DNA from: a virus
Lineage: Duplodnaviria > Caudoviricetes
Strand: one strand, 5' to 3'
DNA: 56,256 bases
IMG/VR virus record: IMGVR_UViG_3300042528_000130
Coordinates: 1 to 56,256 of that record
Shown in pieces: positions 19,001-27,898 of the stretch. Each line of letters starts with the position of its first letter. The first letter of the stretch is position 1. The notes below the pieces were generated by a model. The model had not been told where the DNA came from. It did not search any database and was given only the letters and a program-made list of their open reading frames with translations. The position numbers were made by a program, and so were the translations under genes.

Positions 19001-21525
19001 GCAACGACCGACTGGACGCCAGCCACCGACATGACCGCCGTGTACACCTGAGTGGACGTCGTCAGGATCGCAAACGCGGCAGCAGCGCCGATCAGGGACG
19101 CCGACACTGGCCCGAAGACGTTTCCAAGTCCGGCGAATCTCGTTATCGCATTGAGAACCTCCGTGACGCTTTCCCCCAGCTCGACGAATCCCTCTACAGT
19201 CGGCCTGATGGACTCCTCGACTGCCGACGCAAACTCATCGAAGCGATCTACAAGCCCTTCGACGTAAGACCAAAGCTCCTCGAAGGCTTCGCCGAGTGTC
19301 TCGAAGATCGCTGCGATCGTCGCGAACGGCAGGAAGGAGGTCGCGAGCTTTGCGGCGGCGGCGGCAATTCTCGCGAGAGTTCCGACGACTCTGCCTGCGA
19401 CCTCGATGAGGACGGCGAACGGAGTCGAAATATCCGCAATGACCTCCGCGAACGCGCCGACGAGCGGCGCGAGGCCGCCGATGATTTCGGCCTTTGCGTT
19501 GTTGAATGCCTCCTGCATCCGCGTAAACGGAATCGCAAGGTCATCCGTCATAGCGCCGCTTGCGGTGCGAAGCCTGTCGAAAGACTGGTTGACGTCAGTG
19601 AATCTCTCGAAGTCAAGGTCGCTGATCGTGCCGCCAAGTCTTCCGATGTCTTCGTTGATCTGCTCAAGGCTCTTGAGCATCGGAAGCAATGCAGGCCCGG
19701 TTCTTCCGAACAAGTCCATTGCGACTTGCGTTCGCTTAGTCGCATCGGGGATTCGCGAGATCTCTCCGGCGACTTCGAGAAAGACCTGCTCTGGCCTGCT
19801 ATTGCGGAGCGTCTCTGCCGAGATCCCGAGCTGGTCGAATGCGGCTTTCGCCTCGCGAGCCTGGGCAGATCCGAGATTCCCGACTTTGACCTTCGATGCG
19901 TTCTGGCTGAACGTCTGCTGGGCGCGGACGACAGACTGAATAGCGACCCCAGAGCTTTGTGCTGCGATCTTGAGCTTCTCGATTTCCTGAACGGGTTGGC
20001 CAAATCGGTCGGCCAAATCGCCCATCTGCTGAGCGTTCTGGCCGACGTGAAGAAGCTCTTCGGCGAATCGGCCTGTAGCAACGGCAGCGGCAGTCGCCAA
20101 TGCCGCTGTGATCGGGAAAAGCGAAACAAGCCCGGATAGAGCGCCTGCTGCGCCTCCGACGGCGCCCGAGAGTACAGAGCATCCCTCAGACGCGGCGATA
20201 ACAGCGCCTGAGAATGCGCCGATTGCCGCCGTGGATGCGGCAGTGCTGGCGACGACAGACGTGAAGTCGAGCGCGGATGTGCTTTCCCTGCCAGCGGCGA
20301 ACAAAACCTGCAAGACAGTCGACGCCCTGGCAGCAAGTCCGACAAAAGGCACGAGAGACGCGGACGCTCTTGCTACCGATGCAGCGACGGCTGATGCGGC
20401 AGTGCCCATTCCGGCGAGAGACGGGATCGAGCTGACCGCAGCCTGCGAAACGAGCGACAGCCTCAGAAGAACTCCTGACATGCCGGTATCAAGCGATGAC
20501 GCCCGCGACAGAAGGCCAGACGCAGCGGAGGCGACTGCATCGAATGCTGTTCCAGTGGCGGCGGCAACTCTCCCGACGAGCTGAGTGCTTGTCAGGAATC
20601 TGCCGACCTGAGACACGGTCGCGTTGATGGCAGCATTGGCCTGCACTGCCGCCCTCGCAGAGACTTGCAGGCCAGTTGATAGTGCTGCTGACGCGGCCCT
20701 TCCTGCCGATGTGCCGGTCAAGAAGCGAGCAAGCGACTCAGTCGAAGAGTCGTACGCAGACCCAAGCAACTGAAGCGATCTCTGCACGAGCCTATGGCTC
20801 GCCGCGTGTGATATCTGCTCCGTAATTATCCCTGCGATTGCCTGCGTCGATCTGACGACTGCCTCGTCTGTTGCGCCGAACAGCCGCAGCACGCCGCCGA
20901 GAGAGCCTTGCAGTAGCCTGTTGACGTTTTCAGCAGACAGGATGCCGCTCACGAATCCTTCGATTCCTGCCCTCGTGGCACCAAAGATCACGCGAAGCGA
21001 GTCGACGTCTCCGCGAAGGCCCCTCATCGTGAGAACGAAAGCCTGCCCCGCGTTTCTTGCGCCGGTTGCTGACGTGATGAAGCCAAGAAAAGACGAGCGA
21101 AAGTCTGCATACGCGCTCACTGCCTGACGAACAGACGTAACGACAATTCCAGTCGAAACAACAAGAGATGCAAGCGAGCCTCTAGCGCGAACAGCAGCCT
21201 GCGAAGTCTCGCCGATCGAGTCTCCGAGAGACTCTACGGCAGTTCCGGCCGAGGCGAGTTGTGCCGTATCCGCCGCGACAGTGACCGTTGCGGACGCTCC
21301 CGCTGCCGTTTCTCGCAACGACTCAACCGACCGAGATGCCTGCTCAAGTCGCGAAGAATCTACCGAGATAGAGACAGACAGAGACGACAGCCCGCTGAGC
21401 TTCTGGGCCAGTGCGTCGACTTTCGACGACAGGCCAGACAGCGACGACACGACCGAATCGACGCCAGACTGAAACCCCGAAAGCTCAGAGGTAAAAGCGA
21501 CGTTGATGCTGCCAATCGTAGCCAT
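16027..21525 (-). CDS. tail tape measure protein
   Basis: 1832 aa, Ala-rich helical; MATIGSINV start; MDLFGRTG motif; follows the G/GT chaperones. Confidence 0.92.
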   Translation of the reverse strand: MATIGSINVAFTSELSGFQSGVDSVVSSLSGLSSKVDALAQKLSGLSSLSVSISVDSSRLEQASRSVESLRETAAGASATVTVAADTAQLASAGTAVESLGDSIGETSQAAVRARGSLASLVVSTGIVVTSVRQAVSAYADFRSSFLGFITSATGARNAGQAFVLTMRGLRGDVDSLRVIFGATRAGIEGFVSGILSAENVNRLLQGSLGGVLRLFGATDEAVVRSTQAIAGIITEQISHAASHRLVQRSLQLLGSAYDSSTESLARFLTGTSAGRAASAALSTGLQVSARAAVQANAAINATVSQVGRFLTSTQLVGRVAAATGTAFDAVASAASGLLSRASSLDTGMSGVLLRLSLVSQAAVSSIPSLAGMGTAASAVAASVARASASLVPFVGLAARASTVLQVLFAAGRESTSALDFTSVVASTAASTAAIGAFSGAVIAASEGCSVLSGAVGGAAGALSGLVSLFPITAALATAAAVATGRFAEELLHVGQNAQQMGDLADRFGQPVQEIEKLKIAAQSSGVAIQSVVRAQQTFSQNASKVKVGNLGSAQAREAKAAFDQLGISAETLRNSRPEQVFLEVAGEISRIPDATKRTQVAMDLFGRTGPALLPMLKSLEQINEDIGRLGGTISDLDFERFTDVNQSFDRLRTASGAMTDDLAIPFTRMQEAFNNAKAEIIGGLAPLVGAFAEVIADISTPFAVLIEVAGRVVGTLARIAAAAAKLATSFLPFATIAAIFETLGEAFEELWSYVEGLVDRFDEFASAVEESIRPTVEGFVELGESVTEVLNAITRFAGLGNVFGPVSASLIGAAAAFAILTTSTQVYTAVMSVAGVQSVVAAVRTAAAWVAAGVAIAASLVGVAVAAIGVYLASLITATAATIASAAAMHVAWLFALGPLGLLIGAVELAAVGIAALWAVGSGVAEFFSGWGEGTAKIDGATASVEQLAEAAAANQSTGEPGFLKDIEAVARAAGATEQQIEQMKTEAQAAMADMGFEIEEPVGFSAIVATIEEARGEFADLSIRAAKFGQAGADAASKSSEEFNELQRSLADGKISAEEFEAQSAELADSLSESLDAIASGSPEETLKRNLEVFKELDGAVKQAAKSARDLSAGVQIEDSFFPRSEEVKARAKQYADEYSQALDEIKQKLASGGFQQELDARRDQNQQDFDTGKISREEFVRIRAELDSTSAQEQASIAVEDVQRDLDRKNARLKVDLDFADEIRRKLEDAFLSPIQKMEKELTKVALNSELTPLQKEQASTQIKDDARKQLIGESAQAQLTERTQNLSQARNSGLISAETEAYELSKAMDDFASSVGATKTPFQEFASRSADIAKQFGMTGQPLEEVRKNLAGNAEQLAIFESAVKNARDALLQSLGVEKSPQQVFEEQMAKIDEAANATDPAKRITAQEAAQARDAALRKRDESLGVPADMRSQFAQRQAQINEAFAADPAKKAIAENALAIDRRKAAGLDATPAQQLAAGEAQIRASGLEGAELQEALKKNRDSVLQSVGIEKSAMQVREESIRKLQGLNLSAEEAAQANRAIADSFMSAIGVTKTPFEQFSGQIDSIADKFGLSGKSIDEVRDALKGNKEDLELFDRAVKEARDSLLQSLGIEKSPQQVFEEQMAKIEEAANSTDPNKKISAEQRKQAEQAALKKRDEALGAGGEAKNFASQMADRKKQIEEAYGVGGSADPEKYRLAMNEMNKAMPGADPEDPLSQFKDSMKQLEELRTSGVIDDKEFASRKMNLQADLQEGMKPALDNVAQDRRQIDSSDTRSKAGVDTFFRILRGNDNPSLKAQLEIARNTRLLAEAQQEPDAAPVIAQLSAK

Positions 21526-21528
21526 GAA

Positions 21529-21843
21529 TTACCCCGCCCCCTTGGTGGCCGCGGCGAGCTTCATAAGCTCGGCAAGCATCTCGTCCTTGGTCTGCTGTCG
21601 CTTGCGATGGCTGGGCATGAGCATCTCTTCTTCCAGAGACTTACAGCCCCACGCAGTGCATAGAGCCGTGGCGAGACGAGCAGACTGACGCCACTCGTCT
21701 CCCCACGGTTCAATTGTCCAGAATGCCTCCCATTCTGCGAGTTCGGCAGCATCTACCGACGCGAGAAGTTCAGCATGAGACCGTCCGAGCGCAAGCGCGA
21801 GCCGGAACTCGAACAGCCTGCGGGGACGGTCTAGGAGTTTTTT
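21529..21843 (-). CDS. tail assembly chaperone GT extension (-1 frame)
   Basis: Reached through slippery A AAA AAC at 21843-21837; FRLALALG..EL.EW.AF..IEPWG typical of gpT. Confidence 0.85.
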   Translation of the reverse strand, partial: KKLLDRPRRLFEFRLALALGRSHAELLASVDAAELAEWEAFWTIEPWGDEWRQSARLATALCTAWGCKSLEEEMLMPSHRKRQQTKDEMLAELMKLAAATKGAG

Positions 21844-22175
21844 GCCAGTTCGTCGACGTCTTCCTTCGAGAACCGATTCAGCTTCATGCACTCGCTGAAC
21901 AGGCGATCGAGGACTGCCGCCGACTTCTCGCCGAGTTGCGGGATCTCGGTCTCGGTAAAGAGACGCTCGCCCTTCTCGTCGCACAGGCACTTGGCGACAA
22001 GCTTCGCGCGAACCATGTCCACGCTCTTGTTGCCGTTCACAAACTCGGCCTCGAAGCGATCTCGCTCCGTGCCGGTCATCACCCGAAGCTTGACCGATCC
22101 GCCCCACTCGGGGACGTCGTGATCGACCATCTTCTTGTCGTCTGCCGCGATGATCGCAGCCTTTGAGAGAATCAT
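21831..22175 (-). CDS. tail assembly chaperone G
   Basis: VPEWGG.V..MTG.ERD.FE..CDEKGERLF; ends AKNS at the slippery site. Confidence 0.9.
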   Translation of the reverse strand: MILSKAAIIAADDKKMVDHDVPEWGGSVKLRVMTGTERDRFEAEFVNGNKSVDMVRAKLVAKCLCDEKGERLFTETEIPQLGEKSAAVLDRLFSECMKLNRFSKEDVDELAKNS

Positions 22176-22196
22176 AGAACTACCAGCCTTCTACCC

Positions 22197-22634
22197 CTAC
22201 CGATTGGACAACCGAAATGTTGCTGAACCGCGGATGAAGTCGCCAGTTGTTGCCGAGATCTGTGCTTGCGTCATCACCGCAGTCTTTACGATGCCGAGCA
22301 TGTTTGGGTCAGTCGAATTGAGAACGATCGTGCCCTTCTCGTCGATCGGGAACCTCAGCGTCATCGTCTTTCGCATTCCGACGCTGCTGAAGATCCAGTT
22401 TCCGGTGGGCGCGAAGAACTCTATCGAGACCTCACCGCCGTCTGTTGCAAAACACGAGTCGAAGTCCTGCTTGACAAGCTTTCTGTTCGTGTTTTCTGGG
22501 TCAGTGACGATCTCAGACGACATCGACGTAATGTCGATCTCGTTCCCCGCAGATGCAGAGACTGAAATGGAGGTGGCCAGAAATCTGGTCGTCCCCCACG
22601 TCAGAACGGTTCCCTGCGGAGATACGCGAGACAT
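22197..22634 (-). CDS. tail tube-like protein (paralog 2)
   Basis: EIDITS..DGGEVSIEF..GDFIRGSATFRLS. Confidence 0.7.
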   Translation of the reverse strand: MSRVSPQGTVLTWGTTRFLATSISVSASAGNEIDITSMSSEIVTDPENTNRKLVKQDFDSCFATDGGEVSIEFFAPTGNWIFSSVGMRKTMTLRFPIDEKGTIVLNSTDPNMLGIVKTAVMTQAQISATTGDFIRGSATFRLSNR

Positions 22635-22637
22635 TCA

Positions 22638-23009
22638 CTACGACTGCGAAATCCGGAGCGTCGCCGAGCCCTTGATCAGCTCGCCAGCAGCGGCCTGGAT
22701 CTGAGACGACGTGCAGAGAGCAACAGTCGGGAGACCGGCGGTCAGGGCTTGGTTCGACCCGGATCCGTCGATAATCCACGTGATGTTCCCGGTCGCCGTC
22801 ATCTGCGGAAGCTCAAGCCCGTAGAACTCGATCGACAGCTCGTCGCCGTCGCGGAGCGGAGCGGGGCGATACGTGCGGTATTCGCCGTGCTTCGTCTGGA
22901 GCGTAGACACGTCTACTTCAGACACCTTCTTCGAGAACGAAATCGACGTGAGAGTGAACGGGTTCGTTCCGAACTTAAAAGACAGTCCCTGCGCTCCCTC
23001 GTATGCCAT
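22638..23009 (-). CDS. tail tube protein (paralog 1)
   Basis: EVDVSTL..LRDGDELSIEF..GELIKGSATLRIS. Confidence 0.75.
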   Translation of the reverse strand: MAYEGAQGLSFKFGTNPFTLTSISFSKKVSEVDVSTLQTKHGEYRTYRPAPLRDGDELSIEFYGLELPQMTATGNITWIIDGSGSNQALTAGLPTVALCTSSQIQAAAGELIKGSATLRISQS

Positions 23010-23024
23010 GTCTTGCTTTCCTGT

Positions 23025-23420
23025 TTAGACGGATTCGTGATATCGAACTTCGTAAACCTGATCGACCCTGTACAGTGGCTTGGCCTGTCCCTCGTACGGA
23101 CGTTCCATGTTGTCCGATTCAGAAGCAAGCGCCGCACTTACAATTGTGATCCCCTGGTACTCGCCCGTAAAGTTGTCAACCGTCAGGCGAATCGCGTCCG
23201 CAATGTCCTTCGCCTGGGTGTACGTCTCACAGACAATCGAGACCGAAAACGTCGCGATAGGCCTGCCGACGTTGACGTTCATTGCCCTGTCGCGGCGGGT
23301 TCCGGTGCGTCTGTAGACAACGAGCGGAAGGGCGGCATTCTGCGGTGCCAGGACGGGGTAAATCCCGGCCGTCGTGGCAGAATCGAGACGGGCGCGGAGC
23401 CACTTCTCAGGAAATGCCAC
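23025..23420 (-). CDS. tail terminator/completion protein (DUF3168-like)
   Basis: IYPVLAPQ..LP.VVY; position in the neck module. Confidence 0.8.
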   Translation of the reverse strand: MAFPEKWLRARLDSATTAGIYPVLAPQNAALPLVVYRRTGTRRDRAMNVNVGRPIATFSVSIVCETYTQAKDIADAIRLTVDNFTGEYQGITIVSAALASESDNMERPYEGQAKPLYRVDQVYEVRYHESV

Positions 23421-23805
23421 GGGCGAGGCCCTCCTCGATCAGAATCACGGCCTCGGACGCGTAGGCGTCGAACGTCTCCTCCAGAACAGACTCAAGCTCT
23501 TCTGGCTGTACCCACTTCCGGAGAACAGAACGGCCCTTTCGGCTTGGCCGGAGGACGCTGTTCAGCTCAGGATTTCCGGCTGTTTCGACGCCTTCTTCGT
23601 AGCCGACTTCCGCAGACTCGTCCGAGACTTGATAAATCACCGAGTCTTTGAGTTTCTGGCTATACCCGACCGGCGTCGCCGCCCTGAGTCTCGCGGCGAA
23701 CGTGGATGCTGCCTGCCCAAAAACGGGCTTCCGGTCGATCGACGTCGGTAGATTCCTGAGCTTCTCCGCGAGTTCCTCGACGCCTTCGAGTTCGATGCCA
23801 ATCAC
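23407..23805 (-). CDS. HK97 gp10-like neck protein
   Basis: IELEGVEELAEKLR..TPV...LKDS. Confidence 0.7.
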   Translation of the reverse strand: MIGIELEGVEELAEKLRNLPTSIDRKPVFGQAASTFAARLRAATPVGYSQKLKDSVIYQVSDESAEVGYEEGVETAGNPELNSVLRPSRKGRSVLRKWVQPEELESVLEETFDAYASEAVILIEEGLARGIS

Positions 23806-24134
23806 GAGACTTGCTCCTTGCAGACGAGCTTGTGGTACTCGCGATTGTTCATCTCGGACACGGACAAAATGTCTAATGTCCTGGCCTGAGTGCGGCTATC
23901 CCAGACGAGCCGCATGCCTGAGTTCAGGCCAGAGACATAGCGAATCTCAACGTCGTGCGTGGCGACCGTATACGGCCCTTGAGCGCTCATAAGTTCGTCG
24001 ACTCGAAGGTTCCTGATCGCCGCGCGCCTCTTTGCGAACGGAGCCCACGTCATCGTCGACTCGCCGTACGCGTTCGTCTGCTCGGTCGCGACTTCGATCG
24101 TGACAGACTCTCGGAGGTCGCCAGCACGAATCAC
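23802..24134 (-). CDS. head-tail adaptor / head closure protein
   Basis: RAGDLRESVTIE..YGE..THDVEIRY..MRLV; GTG start. Confidence 0.85.
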   Translation of the reverse strand: MIRAGDLRESVTIEVATEQTNAYGESTMTWAPFAKRRAAIRNLRVDELMSAQGPYTVATHDVEIRYVSGLNSGMRLVWDSRTQARTLDILSVSEMNNREYHKLVCKEQVS

Positions 24135-24754
24135 CTGTACTGCCCCCAGTTGATGCTGCCGAGCAGAATCTCGACCGCCATCGGGACGGGATTCATGCCG
24201 CCCTGGATGACTGCCTCGCGAGTTCCGTACCAGTGAGCAACGAGCATGAGAATCGCGTGCCTCGCCGGGGCTGGCACAGACGTCGTGGAGTCGCCGTATC
24301 CGGCCCAGTACGTGACTGTGACGTCGTTCTCGGCGCCGCGGCACGTCGGCCATGTCCCGTTCCACTGCGGGCGGATCACTGCCGGAGTCGAGTCGCGGTC
24401 TTCTCGGAAGTTCGTGAACGCCACGGGAGCGGACGCGCCAGACGGCACGTACGTCACAGATATTTGGCCGGTCGCGATCGGCGGGCGCGGAAGCTCAAGA
24501 TCCCACGACGGAAAGTGGTCGAACTTGAGCTGCCACTGAGAGCGTACGAGAGTCCTGTCTGAGACAGTCTCTACGTGGTATCTCGCGGCAGAAATCAGCG
24601 ACTGAATATAGAGATCGTCGTCCGTGAAATCGGCATCGACTCGAAGATGAGCCTTGGCCTCTGCGATCGACACCGGCTCGATCGTCGGCTCCGTGATTCG
24701 CCGAATCGAGCGATACTTGAGATTCCCGCGGCGAATGACGTCGTAGTAGTTCAC
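24131..24754 (-). CDS. head-tail connector (phiE125 gp8/gp6-like)
   Basis: EPVSIAEAKAHLRVD..AGYG..VP..AILMLVAHWY..RE. Confidence 0.9.
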   Translation of the reverse strand: MNYYDVIRRGNLKYRSIRRITEPTIEPVSIAEAKAHLRVDADFTDDDLYIQSLISAARYHVETVSDRTLVRSQWQLKFDHFPSWDLELPRPPIATGQISVTYVPSGASAPVAFTNFREDRDSTPAVIRPQWNGTWPTCRGAENDVTVTYWAGYGDSTTSVPAPARHAILMLVAHWYGTREAVIQGGMNPVPMAVEILLGSINWGQYR

Positions 24755-24963
24755 GACGACTTCCTCGACGAGTGCTTGCGAACGGCCCGCTCGGCTGCTT
24801 CCTGCTGGCGAGAAACAGCCTGCTCGACAACGACGGCAGACCTCTGGTCGACTGGTTCCTCGGCGATGCCGCTCCGTATCCAGTCTTTCGCCGTCGGCTC
24901 GAACACGTCGACGACTTCTCCAGACTTGCGGTAGTTCCAGTCTTTCAAGAGCCGGACTTTCAT
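24751..24963 (-). CDS. small capsid-region protein (ribosomal L9 N-terminal-like fold)
   Basis: MKVRLLKD....GEVVDV....A..WI..GIA. Confidence 0.6.
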   Translation of the reverse strand: MKVRLLKDWNYRKSGEVVDVFEPTAKDWIRSGIAEEPVDQRSAVVVEQAVSRQQEAAERAVRKHSSRKSS

Positions 24964-25745
24964 GCCTCGGCCCTCGCTGCTGAACTCTCCGCGTGCTCTG
25001 GCGACCCCCACGCCTCCGGTGGTCTCCGTCCGCCAGTGTTCCAGAAATGGCTCGGGTACTGGTGAATGCCGTTCAGTCGCTGGTCAGGCCACGTAATCAC
25101 AAGCTCGGCGTGGCCGATCGCGACTTGCGGGCAGACCGCGAGAGTGTTGCCGCACTTTTTCCACTGGCGCCAGAAGTAGATATCTGGATCTGTTCTCGGA
25201 GTCTTGTCGTCTGGCAAGTCTTCCCAGCCACCAAGTTCGTTTGGAACGCCAAGGAACCACGGCTTCGGCATTCTCTTGATTGCCGAGACTCGCAGCAGCG
25301 TCAGTCCAAAGTGAGCCGTGTCGACGGGCTGCGCTGGCTTCTCCCACCACTCCGCCTTCAGGGTGACCTTGCCGCCAGTTGCCGGAAAGCCCTCCGGCGT
25401 GAACATCAGATTCTTCTCGTCTCGCTTCGTCTGAAGAGGCGCGATAGCGTCGTATCCAGACATTAGCATCGCAGAGACAAGGCGGGCGACGCAGTCTGGC
25501 TCGAAGACTGAGTCGTAGTCCATCGTGAGGATCAGGTCGTTGCCGTGCTCCTCTTTGCACTGCTCTGCGATCAGGCGATACATCGTCTGATCCCAGAACG
25601 CTCCCGTGCCTTTGACGATTGGAATCTGATACGTGCTGAAGGCATTCACGGAGCAATAAAAATTGTCCATGAAACCCAATCGCGGGGCCGAGAGGACTCC
25701 CGCGATTTTTACATCATGCTCAACGTTGCCAACAACAAGACGCAT
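24960..25745 (-). CDS. GT-A fold glycosyltransferase (GT2-like)
   Basis: LILTMDYD (DxD), HFGLTLLR..PKPWF, DPDIYFW..G..V.IGH. Confidence 0.8.
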   Translation of the reverse strand: MRLVVGNVEHDVKIAGVLSAPRLGFMDNFYCSVNAFSTYQIPIVKGTGAFWDQTMYRLIAEQCKEEHGNDLILTMDYDSVFEPDCVARLVSAMLMSGYDAIAPLQTKRDEKNLMFTPEGFPATGGKVTLKAEWWEKPAQPVDTAHFGLTLLRVSAIKRMPKPWFLGVPNELGGWEDLPDDKTPRTDPDIYFWRQWKKCGNTLAVCPQVAIGHAELVITWPDQRLNGIHQYPSHFWNTGGRRPPEAWGSPEHAESSAARAEA

Positions 25746-25776
25746 GCCCAAGCCTCTCTGGTGAGATGAACGGCCT

Positions 25777-25826
25777 GGGCATCCGTGCCCGACCGAGACC
25801 CTCCGTGGTCGAAAGCCGTCCTTGGC
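25777..25826 (-). promoter_or_regulatory. three tandem CsrA/RsmA-type GGA hexaloop hairpins
   Basis: GCC-AAGGAC-GGC, GACC-ACGGAG-GGTC and GGGC-ACGGAT-GCCC in the intergenic leader of the glycosyltransferase. Confidence 0.7.
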
Positions 25827-25844
25827 CCCCGCCTACGTTTTGTC

Positions 25845-26270
25845 TCAGCCGCTGACGTAGTTGCTGACGCCAGCCGTGTCGGCGTTGTACGGCTCGTCTT
25901 CGAGCTTCGACAGGCGAGCGACCGACGCCACCGTCGCGGGCTTGCCGGGGTTGCCGACAACCGTCAGGTAACGCTTCTTGCCCCGCATGTCGACGTTGAA
26001 GCGGGCGACGTGATTGCCGGTCGTCCGGCCAGCGGTCGCAGTGACCGTGAAGCCAGGAACGTCCGTCTGGCCACTGCCAGCCACGTCGCTCTGCTGCACC
26101 TTGAGAACCGTGGCGTAAGCCGCGGCGCTCGCGGTGAACGTCGAGTACACCACGTCCACCGACACGTAGTCGGCACCGTAGGTGTCGATCTCGTGCGAGA
26201 ACGCGCCGCCGTCAGTCGCAACAGCCGCAACCTTCGCAACCGTCTTCGTGCCTTCGAGATGATTGGCCAT
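25845..26270 (-). CDS. capsid decoration/cement protein
   Basis: Immediately after the MCP; beta-rich IDTYG..LKVQQSD..KKRYLTV. Confidence 0.7.
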   Translation of the reverse strand: MANHLEGTKTVAKVAAVATDGGAFSHEIDTYGADYVSVDVVYSTFTASAAAYATVLKVQQSDVAGSGQTDVPGFTVTATAGRTTGNHVARFNVDMRGKKRYLTVVGNPGKPATVASVARLSKLEDEPYNADTAGVSNYVSG

Positions 26271-26312
26271 GTCTAAACTCTTACTCCAAAAGGGTTGGGG
26301 TGTCCGTACTTA

Positions 26313-27797
26313 TCAGGCAGCAGCAGTCTGGAGAGCCACGATCGGGCCAGCCTTCGTGTTGTCGCCCAGATCGTGGGTGACAGCATCCCAGCGGGTCGTC
26401 GCGACCATCAGCGTTGCGTCCTGCTCGATCAGGCGATCCTCGCTCGTCTTGATCGTCAGGCCGCGACGAGTCGCGTAGATCGAGCTGAGCGAGAGGTCAC
26501 CGTAGAGCAGCTTGACCACGCCGGGGTCGGTGCCGATCACGTTCGACATCGTGTGGACGAAAACCACCGGACTGCCGAGCAGGCGAAGCTCAGCAGGAGC
26601 CGCGAGGTTCGCTGCGGTGTTGCCGCCAGCGAGGCCCACGTTGTTCACAAGGCCCAGCCGCTGCACGCTCGCAGCGAAGACCTGGGGATTCACGAACCAC
26701 TTGGCCTGAGCCCTCGCGTAGAGCGGGAGCCGACCCGCACAGGCGATCAGGTCGTCGATATCGAGGGTCAGGGCCGACGTGTTGCCCGCAGCAGCGGTCA
26801 CGAGACTGCCGTTGTGGGTGCCGTCCTTGATCTTCGTGCAGATGCCGATCATGCCGCCGTGATCAGAGACGCCGGTGCCTTGGAAGGCAACAGTGTCTAC
26901 GAGTTCCGCGATGGAGCGGCCCACTTCGCCGACCAAATAATCGGCCAAGTTAATTACGCTGTCTTCGAGCAGCTCCGAAGAGATGCGGTTTGCCACCGCG
27001 GTCTTCTTGCAGACAAGCTGCACGCGATCCCAGGCTGCGTCAGCCTCGGTCACATTCGTGTTTTCTCCCACGAAATATGCCTTGAGACCGCCCACTCGGC
27101 GCGGGATGATGAGCGTGTCGCTCTTCATCTGGATGTTCCGAGCGTTCGCGGGGAACGCCCCGAATTCCTCGACCAACACCAAGATCTCGTTGAGAACCTC
27201 ATCCTGCGCGAAAATTCCGCCCTGCGAATTGACGCCCTCGATCTGAGCCCGCGACTCGACGCCGTGATCGGCACACCACCGAGCGGCGTTCTTGTCGCCG
27301 AACAGCGAGGCCCGGAAGGCCATGCCAGCACGGTACGCACGCTCTTCAGCGTTCGCACCCTTGATGTTCTTCAGGCGACCAGCGCCGGGGAGATTGTGAT
27401 AGATCGACACCGAACGACCCTCCTTGGTGGATGCGGGACGGGCGACCGCCGATTCCTTGGCGGGCGTTGACTTGTCGAGGACGGCCCGGAGTTCAAGCTC
27501 CTTGGCGGCGACGCCCTCATAGAACGTGATCTTCTCGCGGAGCTTCTCAGCCCGCTCGCAGAGGCAGCGGAGCTTCTTCTCCTTCTCCTCGTCCTCGGGG
27601 ACGGCGCCTTCGGCGTCCTCAACCTCGGCGGGCTTGTAGCCCTTCTCCTCGACGTCGTCCTCGTCCTCGTCGCCTTCCGCCATCGCTTCGCCCATGCCGC
27701 GAGCAGCAGGAGCCTCCTCGTCCTGAAGGGCGCCCATCTCCGCCAGAACGGCGGCGAGTTCGTCGAGGAGAGACTTGATCTTGGCGGAGGCTTCCAT
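26313..27797 (-). CDS. major capsid protein, HK97 fold, with N-terminal delta/scaffold domain
   Basis: Acidic coiled N-terminus; ESR|A..GG; ISSELLEDS.INL; LLGSPV; YGDLS. Confidence 0.95.
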   Translation of the reverse strand: MEASAKIKSLLDELAAVLAEMGALQDEEAPAARGMGEAMAEGDEDEDDVEEKGYKPAEVEDAEGAVPEDEEKEKKLRCLCERAEKLREKITFYEGVAAKELELRAVLDKSTPAKESAVARPASTKEGRSVSIYHNLPGAGRLKNIKGANAEERAYRAGMAFRASLFGDKNAARWCADHGVESRAQIEGVNSQGGIFAQDEVLNEILVLVEEFGAFPANARNIQMKSDTLIIPRRVGGLKAYFVGENTNVTEADAAWDRVQLVCKKTAVANRISSELLEDSVINLADYLVGEVGRSIAELVDTVAFQGTGVSDHGGMIGICTKIKDGTHNGSLVTAAAGNTSALTLDIDDLIACAGRLPLYARAQAKWFVNPQVFAASVQRLGLVNNVGLAGGNTAANLAAPAELRLLGSPVVFVHTMSNVIGTDPGVVKLLYGDLSLSSIYATRRGLTIKTSEDRLIEQDATLMVATTRWDAVTHDLGDNTKAGPIVALQTAAA

Positions 27798-27898
27798 GTC
27801 GTTCGCTTCCCTGCGTTGGTGAGTTGATAACTGTCGTTGTGGCGACAGTGTTCAACTTACGAACACAGAGGCGACGACCCGAAGAGACTCAAGTTGTG

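Noticed and set aside
16298-20584. Long plus-strand ORFs (e.g. 16654-18201, 18853-20139; also 40398-41942 and 26295-27470)
   Set aside because: Antisense shadows of GC-rich real genes with no recognisable motifs.
25821-25832. 12-mer CTTGGCCCCCGC shared with the terL hairpin arm
   Set aside because: A single short GC-rich match that could be chance; not enough to claim a repeat family or antisense pairing.
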